Source: a virus
Taxonomy: Duplodnaviria > Caudoviricetes
Virus record (IMG/VR): IMGVR_UViG_3300010376_000046
Coordinates: 1-50,375 of that record
Reading direction: 5' to 3' (one strand)
DNA length: 50,375 nucleotides
The translations under genes and the position numbers were made by a program. The notes beneath the pieces are model-generated. The model ran no database searches. It saw nothing but the letters and a program-made list of their open reading frames with translations, and was not told where the DNA came from. Below, piece by piece: positions 17,870 through 27,203 of this stretch. How positions within the stretch are numbered: position 1 is the first letter of the stretch; each line of letters opens with the position of its first letter.

Positions 17870-18433
17870 TCAATGGAACAATGTGGATAGCAAACCAGCT
17901 ACGCCGCCAACTGCGCCGCCAATAGCAGTTCCTACCCCAGGTACAATCGACCCAATTGCTGCGCCAGTACCCGCGCCTTTGAGCGCAGCGCCCGCCATAT
18001 TTCCCGCCGAGTTTCCGCTATGCTGCGGGTTGACAGTACCTTGAATGTAACTACCGGCCAGATTGCCGAGTAGCCCCAAACCGCCACCCATAGCAGCACT
18101 GCTTAGGCCCAACCCCGTGCCAGCGCCAGTCGCTGCCACATCGCCTACGCCAGCCACAGTTGGGGCCATACCCGCTGTAGCTGACCCGATATCGGCGGCA
18201 CCAGTGCCCGCGCCAAGTCCTGACAGCGCAGCCGGAGCAGTTGGAGCTACACCTAAGCCAGAACCCAACGCGGCACCAGTATTCGCACCAACGCCAGAAG
18301 TTAATCCAGAACCAAGCGTATTCATACCAGCAGCAAGCGGCTGTCGGAACTTCATGAACGCGTCGTTCATTTGTTGCGACGGCGTTGCGTTTGTCTGCCC
18401 GCCGCCCTGCCCACCACCGGCCATTGATCCCAT
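17870..18433 (-). CDS. glycine-zipper ejection protein
   Basis: GAGTGAAIGSIVPGVGTAIGGAVGGVAGLL membrane hairpin. Confidence 0.7.
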   Translation of the reverse strand: MGSMAGGGQGGGQTNATPSQQMNDAFMKFRQPLAAGMNTLGSGLTSGVGANTGAALGSGLGVAPTAPAALSGLGAGTGAADIGSATAGMAPTVAGVGDVAATGAGTGLGLSSAAMGGGLGLLGNLAGSYIQGTVNPQHSGNSAGNMAGAALKGAGTGAAIGSIVPGVGTAIGGAVGGVAGLLSTLFH

Positions 18434-19026
18434 TATCGACTCCCAGGCATAACAGCGTTGAGCTTACTGGGAGTGACACCAGGTTGATACGATTGCATCA
18501 GAGACAGTAAACTCTGACCCGCATTCGACCCTGTCGCCATCGGCAACGCTACCACAGGAGCGCCGAATGTCTGCGCTCTACCGGGAGTAACGCGACCGCT
18601 ACCACCTTGAATTTTTTGCTGACCAGTATTGTCCAAGAAAGACTTGATCTTGCCACCGGCTGCAATAGCACCTTCCAATCCACCGCCTCCACCACCGCCA
18701 GTTTGCGTACCTGGCATACCAAAACTATAGTTACCATCACCGCCCATCGCATTACTGAAGTTCGGCATAGTCATGCCTGATTGCGTACCAGTCAATCCAG
18801 CAGTAGGAGAGCTAGTATCGTTCGCAATAGCACTCTGTATATCATCAGGCAACTTGAAAGCATAAGTGTCGCCACCTTGCGTACCACCCGAACCAGCTTG
18901 GATAGCTTGAGATAGGCCACTTTGGTCTACTCCCTTTCCAACAGTATCTTGCCAGTTCTGTAGCCCTGCTGCGGCTTGTGCAGAAGTCGCGCCAGTTTGC
19001 CCACCACCGTTCATGAACGAACTCAT
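18433..19026 (-). CDS. Gly/Ser-rich putative ejection protein
   Basis: Coupled ORF in the ejection cluster; low complexity. Confidence 0.6.
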   Translation of the reverse strand: MSSFMNGGGQTGATSAQAAAGLQNWQDTVGKGVDQSGLSQAIQAGSGGTQGGDTYAFKLPDDIQSAIANDTSSPTAGLTGTQSGMTMPNFSNAMGGDGNYSFGMPGTQTGGGGGGGLEGAIAAGGKIKSFLDNTGQQKIQGGSGRVTPGRAQTFGAPVVALPMATGSNAGQSLLSLMQSYQPGVTPSKLNAVMPGSR

Positions 19027-19027
19027 T

Positions 19028-20032
19028 TTACGACCCCTTCATGTACGCGCTGTACGCACCTAGGCCCGCAGTCCCGAGACCCATAAGATTACCAAGCGTG
19101 TTCGATGTACCAGGCATCTGCTGAGTTACAGACGTACCTGCGCCTGAACCGAGCGCGCCGCTGAGAGCACTGGACAATGTGGAAAGTCCAGCGTAAGGCG
19201 CATTGACCTGATTGTACCATTGCTGATACAAAGCGTTGAGTTGATCCTGAGCGTTCTGCTGTGCGGTGCCGCCCGCAGTCATCTGCGCGCCACCGGCGCT
19301 AGTTGCGCCCTGCTGAGCCTGATTCGCACCCTGTAGAGAACTCAGGATGCTATTGATGTTGTTGAAGTAATTCTGCGAGCCTAACTGTTGCGTAGCCAGA
19401 CCCATCTGCGAACCCAACTGCTGATTGGTCAATGCAACCGCGTTCTGCTGTTGAGCAACTTGTTGAGCAGTCTGCGCGGCAGTATTGTACCCCGCGTTGT
19501 ACATGTTCGCAGTATTAGCTGATAAGGAGTCAGCGAGTTGCTTTTCTTGTGCAGCGGTCGCCTGATCTTGGGCCGAACCTCCGAATGCACCGGCATTACG
19601 GAACTGCGCAAGCGTGGTCGGCGCAGTAACGTTACTATAGGCATCGGTGATTTGTTTGTTGGCTCCGGCGACAGATGCAGCCAAATACGGGTTGTTGGCC
19701 GGGTCGGTAAACGGATTTGCAACAGTGGATGCTGTGACATCGCCTGTGTACGGGTTCGAGACTTGCGGACCCGACCCTCCAACTAAAGACTGGTAGTAAT
19801 TTGCAGCCGTGTTCGCCATACTGCCGGCGTTACCAGCCGCTTGATTAATTGTATTGATACCAGCCGATTGTGTTGGGTCCATGCCTGCGACAAGATTGCC
19901 GCCGTAGGTTGGCATGGTTTGATTTGACAGATCGGAGCCGCGCTGTAATAGCTGTTGCGCGTATGGCTGTGCCCAACCAGGGAGTTCTGTCGTAGTGGTC
20001 TGAGAACCGCCACCGCCGCCACCGCTACTCAT
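19028..20032 (-). CDS. ejection/pilot protein
   Basis: GGGGGSQTTTTELPGWAQPY start, NPYL, AGAFGGS motifs typical of podophage internal proteins. Confidence 0.75.
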   Translation of the reverse strand: MSSGGGGGGSQTTTTELPGWAQPYAQQLLQRGSDLSNQTMPTYGGNLVAGMDPTQSAGINTINQAAGNAGSMANTAANYYQSLVGGSGPQVSNPYTGDVTASTVANPFTDPANNPYLAASVAGANKQITDAYSNVTAPTTLAQFRNAGAFGGSAQDQATAAQEKQLADSLSANTANMYNAGYNTAAQTAQQVAQQQNAVALTNQQLGSQMGLATQQLGSQNYFNNINSILSSLQGANQAQQGATSAGGAQMTAGGTAQQNAQDQLNALYQQWYNQVNAPYAGLSTLSSALSGALGSGAGTSVTQQMPGTSNTLGNLMGLGTAGLGAYSAYMKGS

Positions 20033-20044
20033 TTCGGAACCCCC

Positions 20045-20079
20045 AAAAAGAAAAAGGCGGCGAACTCGCGTTCGTCGCC
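20045..20079 (-). terminator. rho-independent terminator upstream of the ejection genes
   Basis: On the - strand GGCGACGAAC-GCGA-GTTCGCCGCC followed by TTTTTCTTTTT. Confidence 0.65.
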
Positions 20080-20122
20080 CAACCTGGGTAGACCTACTTA
20101 ATAGCCAATTATAGGCGATTAT

Positions 20123-20566
20123 TTAGGCCGGTTCAACCGGTAGCTCATAAACAATCATCCGGGGCTTAAACCCCAATTCTTCGCCTACCTTTTTCCAGCC
20201 GGGGCGCGATGTGCCGAAAGTGATATGCCGCGCACCCACATTCCTACCAAGCTCCAGTAACTCCGGCTTGAACAGATGCATGCAATCGAAACCGGGCTTG
20301 TTGTATAGCTGCCACAGGTGCAGGTCCGGCAGGATCAAACGGACTACAGCATGGCCAACCGGTTCGCCGTCCAGCTTGAGGATGAACAACGTGGCCTGAT
20401 TGGTGAAGCACATTGCATAGACTTCTTCGGGAATGATGTGGTCCGGCGCTTCCGTACTTGCCACATTTTCGCGGATGGACGGCCAAACATCTTTGAGTTT
20501 GATAGGCGGTATAGCCTCGACTGCCTTTACGGGGTCGCGGCGTTGGTTCATATCATCTTCGGACAT
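20123..20566 (-). CDS. GNAT-like virion assembly protein
   Basis: LHLWQLY...GARHITFGTSRPGW; usual position before ejection genes; start trimmed to ATG 20566. Confidence 0.6.
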   Translation of the reverse strand: MSEDDMNQRRDPVKAVEAIPPIKLKDVWPSIRENVASTEAPDHIIPEEVYAMCFTNQATLFILKLDGEPVGHAVVRLILPDLHLWQLYNKPGFDCMHLFKPELLELGRNVGARHITFGTSRPGWKKVGEELGFKPRMIVYELPVEPA

Positions 20567-20568
20567 TT

Positions 20569-20895
20569 TCAAGTTCCTGTGGCGCAGCGGCATGGAACCC
20601 ATGTTCCAGGTACTCCAGCCGCCACGCAAAGCCAACCGAGTATAACGTACTGACTTCCTGCCGTCCCCGTTACGCTTGGCGCACTGTTGCGAATAAAGTC
20701 TCCCTGTGCGTAAGTCGTCTTGGAGTTCGACGGAGGTGGCCCGTTGTTCGCTGACGTGTATGCTGCAACTCTCCCGTCGCTTATACCATTGACCTCGCCC
20801 TGAACCATTCTCAAATATTTGGTCATGGCTACGACTATAGACGCAAACGGGCCGCTTACACCGGTTGTTGGTAAGTCGGGATTGGGGAGTCTCAT
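20569..20895 (-). CDS. small tail protein
   Basis: YAQGDFIRNSAP...GWLCVAAGVPGTW; coupled to the nozzle gene. Confidence 0.65.
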   Translation of the reverse strand: MRLPNPDLPTTGVSGPFASIVVAMTKYLRMVQGEVNGISDGRVAAYTSANNGPPPSNSKTTYAQGDFIRNSAPSVTGTAGSQYVILGWLCVAAGVPGTWVPCRCATGT

Positions 20896-22358
20896 ATCGC
20901 ACCCGCTTGTTCCATACGCGGTAACGCGCCGAGAATTTCATGGTCACCAGTCATAGCAAGCGTCAGTGAGCACCAACGTGTTGAGAAATCGCACGCAATT
21001 TCTCCGTCATACCACTGTGGCAGTTGAACATACGTTGCTGGCAAACCTAAAGTCTTGCACAGCGCCACTTGCCCACCACACGTTAGTGGTGCCTGAGTAA
21101 AGCGCGGCAAGATGCCTTGAATATAGGTGAAATCGTAATCATCGCCAAACCAACCAGTGGTCAGTGAACTTTGTTTAGACGCTCCTGACAATGATTGATA
21201 AGTGTTTGTCGTGTCAAAAACGGCTGGAACGACCGCGGCTTGGGACCAATATGGTGAATTATACGCGACCTGCGGCAGCGTATCCCACGTGGTGACATTA
21301 GGTAGTGAACCCATCTGATCCCACGTGATTTGTCCAGAAACCGACTGTGCGGCTACTTCAATATTCAGGTCTGCACGACCGAATTTACCCGTTGCATAGT
21401 TGTAAACTAAGCACATATCAGGCATACCAGTCGTATTTTGAATCGAACAGAAATACCAATAAATCAGGAATCGCTGTGGGTCTTTGAACGACTGAACCTG
21501 AGCTTGATACATGCTCGACCAATTCGCTCGTAACCATGAATTTACTTCATTTCCAATCGGAACAGGACGCGTACCATCGAAGCTATAAACTTGACAGTCT
21601 GAACCGAGAAAAATAATGCTAGTACCGATATTTACTGCGCATTCCTGACACGGCGTGCCGATCTGTGGCGATATCAAGTTCATCGCCCAAATAACCGGCG
21701 GACCTTGGTAAGAACCGTAGAACATCGAGAGTTTCTTGAACACAACGATGTTCGTACCAAGCTGTCGACCAGCTGTAATTGGTCCTGGAGTGTCAACAAT
21801 AACTCCGCGCGCGCATTGAGTGGCTTGTGCTGGCGTCCAGTTCGTTTGGTCATAGAGACCGGAACACCACCAGCCGTTCGGATTCGTGCCATAAGTAGGA
21901 TCAACTGTATTGAATAGGAATACAAAGCCCTGAACTACTTCAACAATTGACGCCACAGGGGAATTAGCTACTGCACTGAAATTCCCCGCACTGATCGACT
22001 GTTGAAGTAGATCGGCCCCATTGACCGCTAGCGAAGCATTGCCAAATTGTGCAAAACGCCACGGGTTACCACCGCCTTTATAAGCACCAGCCGTAGCCGA
22101 CACGTTATTATTGGCATTACCCACAATTTCCCACAAATCGGTAGCAGTTCCAGCAAACATGCGGTATGCACCGCTCAATAGCTCACAAATAGCCGCGCCA
22201 GTAGCAGGCTTACCCAACGCAGGATTGCCATACGGTGTTGGAGTTGACGCGCCACGCATACCGCGCATGGTAGGTACCATATTCACGCAGTCAATAACCG
22301 CACCGGGAATAGTGGGGTCGATGCTTGGCGTAAAGCCCTGAAACGGAATGGTAGGCAT
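20892..22358 (-). CDS. tail nozzle/tubular (DNA stabilisation) protein
   Basis: 488-aa beta-propeller-like protein (WRFAQFGN, WWCSG...W) after the adaptor. Confidence 0.75.
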   Translation of the reverse strand: MPTIPFQGFTPSIDPTIPGAVIDCVNMVPTMRGMRGASTPTPYGNPALGKPATGAAICELLSGAYRMFAGTATDLWEIVGNANNNVSATAGAYKGGGNPWRFAQFGNASLAVNGADLLQQSISAGNFSAVANSPVASIVEVVQGFVFLFNTVDPTYGTNPNGWWCSGLYDQTNWTPAQATQCARGVIVDTPGPITAGRQLGTNIVVFKKLSMFYGSYQGPPVIWAMNLISPQIGTPCQECAVNIGTSIIFLGSDCQVYSFDGTRPVPIGNEVNSWLRANWSSMYQAQVQSFKDPQRFLIYWYFCSIQNTTGMPDMCLVYNYATGKFGRADLNIEVAAQSVSGQITWDQMGSLPNVTTWDTLPQVAYNSPYWSQAAVVPAVFDTTNTYQSLSGASKQSSLTTGWFGDDYDFTYIQGILPRFTQAPLTCGGQVALCKTLGLPATYVQLPQWYDGEIACDFSTRWCSLTLAMTGDHEILGALPRMEQAGAI

Positions 22359-22993
22359 TATCCCGCCCTGATCGTAAGTGGCCCTTCCTGGTATTGTGAC
22401 TTTTCGCTATCGTTGATCTTACTAGCGATTGCCATGTCACGCAGCCCCTGCCACTGCTGAGTGCGAACATCATCCCGCATGTAAATGCCCGCGTTAGTCA
22501 GTGCGCCAAACAAATATGTGGTAGGACTGTCCTCCAGTAGCCAGTTCGACACATTGATATCGCTCAGAGGTTCAAGAGTAACATAATAGTCGATTTGACA
22601 GATAAGACCAAGAGTTGGCACATTAAGCACCAAGTTGTCACCTTCGATCTGAATAGTATTGTATTGAAGGTATGGTGCCACATTATTCGTCGTGTAAGGC
22701 GAACCGTTGGCATACGCTCCATCAACATCACTCGGATAGTACTCCATCCTAATACCGTTATACCATGCCTGAATAATACGCTTCCAATCACTCGGTGCTG
22801 CGGTGACGTTCTGCATTGCCTTGAAAATGTACGACTCACGCCGAGCTTTGGTATAGACATTATCGTCGAACCATTCTTCGGCAAGGCTGATGAAAGTCGG
22901 AATCAGATTGTTCAAATCCTGACGTTTCATATACTGCGCCATCAGTGTTTGCAACTGGGCGTAGTTTTCAATGAGAATCGGAGGACTAGCCAT
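22358..22993 (-). CDS. head-tail adaptor protein
   Basis: NYAQLQ...RQDL...IPTFISLAE and NWLL..SP..YLFGAL motifs. Confidence 0.8.
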   Translation of the reverse strand: MASPPILIENYAQLQTLMAQYMKRQDLNNLIPTFISLAEEWFDDNVYTKARRESYIFKAMQNVTAAPSDWKRIIQAWYNGIRMEYYPSDVDGAYANGSPYTTNNVAPYLQYNTIQIEGDNLVLNVPTLGLICQIDYYVTLEPLSDINVSNWLLEDSPTTYLFGALTNAGIYMRDDVRTQQWQGLRDMAIASKINDSEKSQYQEGPLTIRAG

Positions 22994-22994
22994 T

Positions 22995-23294
22995 TTAGAC
23001 CTCTCCGGGTGTCACACGAAATGCACTCAACGCTGGATCGTTACAAACTTCCTTCATATGCTTCTTGTCGGACCAAAACTCGGCCCACGAAATACCCTTA
23101 TCGAAGCAATACTTTTCGATCACGATACCAGGGATCAGTGCTTTCAACTGCATTTCATCAGTCCCATGCGCCGATTCATTCTGTTTCAGTTCCTCCAACG
23201 CGTCCCAAAAATCAGCGGCGAACTCGACCTTATGGACAACCACGGTCTCGTCTTTATCTGGATTGCTAATGAAGTCCGTGGTTATCTTTTCCAT
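22995..23294 (-). CDS. conserved head-region protein
   Basis: IPGIVIEKY...NDP..SAFRV.PG motif; start trimmed to ATG 23294. Confidence 0.65.
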   Translation of the reverse strand: MEKITTDFISNPDKDETVVVHKVEFAADFWDALEELKQNESAHGTDEMQLKALIPGIVIEKYCFDKGISWAEFWSDKKHMKEVCNDPALSAFRVTPGEV

Positions 23295-23296
23295 GA

Positions 23297-23734
23297 TTAC
23301 ACCGTTGCAGGTTGAGGTGCGGGTTGCGTCCCTGCGGAAGGTGGCGTGCTTCCGACTTCTGGCGCGACGCCGTCCTTGAACTTTGCTGCTGCTTCCGGTC
23401 CTTGCAACATGGCGATAATTTCCGCCTTGGACATGTAGCACATGGCCGAGGGATTGTCCTTGAGAAACGCCTGTACTGCATCCGGCGTACTCAAATCCGG
23501 CATTTTCGGCGCATCAGTTGAAGCCGCAGTTTGGTTTTTGTCGCTGGGGGATGCCCAACAAAGCCGATCGGATAGACTTTTTGGATCGACCTCAGGTGTC
23601 ATCCCAATCGGTTCAACCGGTTCGGTTCGCGGCGGCGTGGGGATCGGATTGGCCGCAGGTGCGGTAGATACAGTCGGGGATGCTCCTGTAGGCGCAGCCG
23701 GTGCGGAAAACGGTGTCTTGGTGGTAGTAGCCAT
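23297..23734 (-). CDS. Pro/Ala-rich hypothetical protein
   Basis: AGGAGG RBS; low-complexity 145-aa ORF. Confidence 0.65.
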   Translation of the reverse strand: MATTTKTPFSAPAAPTGASPTVSTAPAANPIPTPPRTEPVEPIGMTPEVDPKSLSDRLCWASPSDKNQTAASTDAPKMPDLSTPDAVQAFLKDNPSAMCYMSKAEIIAMLQGPEAAAKFKDGVAPEVGSTPPSAGTQPAPQPATV

Positions 23735-23774
23735 TTAAACCTCCTATAATCCAATCTCCATACAAGGAGCTAAT

Positions 23775-24092
23775 ATGCAAACTATTAAACCCACAGTTGG
23801 ACGTAAAATCTGGTTTCACCCGAGCATGAATCACTCGGAAATGAATCAGCTTTCAGACCAGCCGCTCGACGCTACTGTCATCTTCGTCCACGACGATACC
23901 TGCATCAACCTACTCGTCATTGACCACATGGGGCATCCACATTTCGTCAGCAAAGCCTACTTGCAACAACCCGGTGGCGAATCAGTTTCCGGCGGTCAAT
24001 CCTACGCCGAGTGGATGCCTTACCAAGTCAATCAACATCGCGATCAAACAGCACAGCAAGAAGCCAAAGTTCCCCATCACCACAAAGACTAG
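23775..24092 (+). CDS. conserved phage hypothetical protein, antisense to the late operon
   Basis: AAGGAG RBS with TATAAT upstream; KPTVGR..WF...QPLDA.V..V...INL.VID..G...WMPYQ. Confidence 0.7.
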   Translation: MQTIKPTVGRKIWFHPSMNHSEMNQLSDQPLDATVIFVHDDTCINLLVIDHMGHPHFVSKAYLQQPGGESVSGGQSYAEWMPYQVNQHRDQTAQQEAKVPHHHKD

Positions 24093-24583
24093 GCTTTCTT
24101 GCTGCCGGGAACCGCGACGAATGTACTTGTCGCCGACGCAATCTTGCCGCTCGTATTTTCAGTCGCAGTAATACTGACTGCTTCAGCCACGGTATCAGAC
24201 AACGTTACCGTGGCCTGACCGTTCGACAAACTGGTTTGGAGACTGGTTTGATCGAGTACTGCTGAAGCACCCTCGGCCATCGTCACCATTAGAATAACTT
24301 CCATCGGATCGCCGTTCTGGTCTTGCGCAGTAAAAGTGACGCTGTTTTTCGTCGTGCCATCGGCAGGACTGCTGTCGGTGCCAGGTACGCCAGTCAATGT
24401 GGTAAGCACTGGACTCGTCGGGCCTTGGCCGAATGTATACCATTTACCTCCAATTTTCTGGTAGTACGAGCCGGAATTCACATCGACGCCGACTTGGCCA
24501 AGCATACCGATGGATTGATCGGTAGGCGGCCCATCAAACGGCACAATGGGCTGGTAACTGTTGATTGGATAAGCTGCGGGCAT
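24089..24583 (-). CDS. Ig-like (Big_1) domain virion decoration protein
   Basis: ADGTTKNSVTFTAQDQNGDPM...NGQATVTLSDTVAEAVSITAT. Confidence 0.7.
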   Translation of the reverse strand: MPAAYPINSYQPIVPFDGPPTDQSIGMLGQVGVDVNSGSYYQKIGGKWYTFGQGPTSPVLTTLTGVPGTDSSPADGTTKNSVTFTAQDQNGDPMEVILMVTMAEGASAVLDQTSLQTSLSNGQATVTLSDTVAEAVSITATENTSGKIASATSTFVAVPGSKKA

Positions 24584-24592
24584 GGTGCTCTC

Positions 24593-24799
24593 CTACGTGT
24601 TCGGGAAGTGATTGCCGAGCGCCCGCCCCGCAAAACCCTTCGCGCCGACCGCACGCGGAGTCTTTTTCGGTTTCTGCGACCCTTTCATACCCGGCATTTT
24701 CGCAGTCGTATCACCCGGTGCTTTGACTGCGTTCATACCGCTGCTGGGCATGGTATCGTTCGGGAGACTCGGCGGCTTGTTTCCTGAAAAACCGGCCAT
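24593..24799 (-). CDS. small basic disordered protein
   Basis: AGGG RBS; Lys/Gly/Pro-rich. Confidence 0.55.
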   Translation of the reverse strand: MAGFSGNKPPSLPNDTMPSSGMNAVKAPGDTTAKMPGMKGSQKPKKTPRAVGAKGFAGRALGNHFPNT

Positions 24800-24808
24800 G
24801 ATGTTCCC

Positions 24809-25108
24809 CTACGAGTTGCTGTAGTGGTTCCCGAGTTTCTTGCCCTTACCAAAAGCCTCACCGGGCTGTTGGTTCTTGCCAGAAGTCCCAGAAACCTTGT
24901 CAGCTTTGCCACCACCATGCTGTGGCGGCACGCTGTAACCTTTGCCGCTGCTGCCGCTGCTGCCCGCATTGGGCGAAGTTTTCCCTTTCATACTCGGTGC
25001 CTTTGGGTCGAATGAAGCCGCCGCACCCTTTTGCTGACCGCGCACGGATGCGTCCTTGCTACTCCCGATGGTGTACTTGCCACCGGCGTTTCCACCACCT
25101 TTTGGCAT
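24809..25108 (-). CDS. basic Gly/Lys-rich disordered protein
   Basis: GAGGG RBS before ATG 25108 (MPKGGG). Confidence 0.6.
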   Translation of the reverse strand: MPKGGGNAGGKYTIGSSKDASVRGQQKGAAASFDPKAPSMKGKTSPNAGSSGSSGKGYSVPPQHGGGKADKVSGTSGKNQQPGEAFGKGKKLGNHYSNS

Positions 25109-25120
25109 GATATCCCTCAC

Positions 25121-25159
25121 GAAAAAAGACCCGGTTCCGCTGTCCCGTCGTCACCGGGT
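25121..25159 (-). terminator. terminator after the major capsid gene
   Basis: On the - strand ACCCGG...CCGGGT stem followed by CTTTTTT. Confidence 0.55.
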
Positions 25160-25182
25160 GGACCTAACTACCGCCATAATCG

Positions 25183-26139
25183 TTACGTGAGGTCGCGGAT
25201 TTGCGCACTCGACGCTTCATTGCGTGCTTCAAGTGTGCCTTCATACACGATCTGCCAGTTGCGAGCATCACCGGTTTGAGCCAGTTCAGTCTTTTCGAAA
25301 CCGCGCAGCGTGGCGAGTGCCCACATTGCAGTGTCGATGCAGTATACCGACTTGTCCGGGGTCACTTGCGCTGCCATGACGCGGTTCGGGATCATTGCCA
25401 CATTCCCGAAATCACTTGCGTACACGGCGTAGGCCGTTTGCAAGATGGCAGTTTTCCCGTTGCCTTCGACTTCTTGCATACGGGTGGCATTGCCCGCGAA
25501 TGCGCTGGACAGCACCTTGTCCGACGGCCGCATATGGACTTGCGTCACATTACCGCCAGCCGTATAGGCGTTCATCAACGCGGTCTTGAGCATGGGTTCG
25601 GTGAATGCCACAGCCGTGCCAGCTACCGGCGGGGTATTCGTAGGCGGGACCGGAGCGGAACCACCCGCGCCGCCGACATAGTTGGTAGCAATCCAGCCAC
25701 CGCAGCCGCGAAGTGTACGAGCCACAGTGGTTGATCCAGATACGCTGGTCGTGTTGGAGAGACTTGCCGCTTCGACATCTTTCTTCAGTTCCACGGACTT
25801 CTTGGCCGACAGACGCGCGACTTCCTTCGGACCCGCTTTCTTCACCGCTTCCTGCGTATTGGACACCGAAAACGTGTCCTTGATGATCTGAGTGCGGTTG
25901 CCGATGCGAGTAGTCGGCGTTTGAGCGACAAAAGTCGCATCTGCGCCTTCAACCGAAGCGTTCTGTGCGTTAGGAGCACGCAACGAATCAGTTTGCCATT
26001 CATGGTACACCCCGTCGCAGCCGGTCTTGGCAATGGCGGACGTGAACGGGGTATCCGAAGGGGAAATCATGAAGACTTTGTCGATCAAGTCTTCACGATT
26101 GCCCACGGTCGTGTAAGTTGTTACGGTATTTGCAGGCAT
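25183..26139 (-). CDS. major capsid protein (SU10/DUF5309-type)
   Basis: GNREDL.D....ISP.DTPF, HEWQTDSL, EGADA, ELAQTGD, TLEARNE. Confidence 0.9.
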   Translation of the reverse strand: MPANTVTTYTTVGNREDLIDKVFMISPSDTPFTSAIAKTGCDGVYHEWQTDSLRAPNAQNASVEGADATFVAQTPTTRIGNRTQIIKDTFSVSNTQEAVKKAGPKEVARLSAKKSVELKKDVEAASLSNTTSVSGSTTVARTLRGCGGWIATNYVGGAGGSAPVPPTNTPPVAGTAVAFTEPMLKTALMNAYTAGGNVTQVHMRPSDKVLSSAFAGNATRMQEVEGNGKTAILQTAYAVYASDFGNVAMIPNRVMAAQVTPDKSVYCIDTAMWALATLRGFEKTELAQTGDARNWQIVYEGTLEARNEASSAQIRDLT

Positions 26140-26156
26140 GATGCCCCCTGTGTAGA

Positions 26157-27176
26157 CTAGCTTTCAAAGAAAGCAGCCAACGTGTTCACACCGGGGTTCT
26201 GTTTGAATGCCTTGTCGGCCTTCTGGAGTCTTGCGACTTCCTTCGTGGAGGCAGTAGGCACACCTCTCCCAGCACCCGGACGCTCAACCTGCCGCGCTTG
26301 CTGCTGGTTCTTCAACAAACCAGCCTTACGCGCCGCAGCCTGTTTAGCCAACGCTCTGTCATAGAGCATCGCCTTACGGGCGATCAGTACGACCTTAGCG
26401 GTATCAATCTGCGCCCGCATTTCGGGTGGCACGCCTTGATCGGCTAGGTACTGATCCAACTCCCGAGCGCCCTGTGCTGCCTTTTGAGGGTCCGACCACT
26501 CTGGTAGCGCCTGAATAAGAAGTGCCTTCTGTTCAGCCGCAAACTGAGTCATGGATGCCTGTCGAGCTTCTGCATCACGGCGTTGCAACTCTTGCTGAAT
26601 ACCTCGCGCTTGACTCAGTTCGGTTTGCTTCTGTTCCCAAACGTGTCGTTGCTTGAGATACTCAGTAGGGTCTTCCTCCAGCAGCTTAGCCCAGTTGGGC
26701 TGTTGGGTCTGCATAAACTGTTGGGATTGCTGGATATAGTACTCGAGTACTTGTCCCAACTGTTTCTCGCGTTCTGGCAGGATAGCCAACTTTGTTTCGG
26801 CGTCCTTTCTGATCGCGGCGGCTTCCTCAAACTTCTTGTTAGCTCCTGCATACTTCTGTGCGTCAGCTTTCAATTGTCCGAAAGTCGTTTGGACCGATGC
26901 ACCATCAATGTTCAACACAACCACCGTTTCATCCTTGATCGCTCCGGTGTCCTGTGGAGTCTCGGCGTTCAAGTCTAATTCGAGGTCTTCATCACCTGCC
27001 GGTACTTCATCACCAACGTGTACTTCTTCACCATCTGGCGTTTCAACTTCAACGCCAGTTTCTACTACTTGGCCTTCGGACTCCCCGTCTGGATTGCCGT
27101 CTGCCGGGTCCATAAAGAAGTCATCGAGTTCAGGTTCAGCGCCCGCTTGTGGGGTAGCTGTAGTGGTCTCGGCCAT
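26157..27176 (-). CDS. capsid scaffolding protein
   Basis: Acidic N-terminus, PNWAKLLEEDP.EY, LPEW.DP, ARKAMLYD; sits between portal and capsid. Confidence 0.85.
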   Translation of the reverse strand: MAETTTATPQAGAEPELDDFFMDPADGNPDGESEGQVVETGVEVETPDGEEVHVGDEVPAGDEDLELDLNAETPQDTGAIKDETVVVLNIDGASVQTTFGQLKADAQKYAGANKKFEEAAAIRKDAETKLAILPEREKQLGQVLEYYIQQSQQFMQTQQPNWAKLLEEDPTEYLKQRHVWEQKQTELSQARGIQQELQRRDAEARQASMTQFAAEQKALLIQALPEWSDPQKAAQGARELDQYLADQGVPPEMRAQIDTAKVVLIARKAMLYDRALAKQAAARKAGLLKNQQQARQVERPGAGRGVPTASTKEVARLQKADKAFKQNPGVNTLAAFFES

Positions 27177-27203
27177 GGTGGACTCCTAAAAATATAATGC
27201 AAG

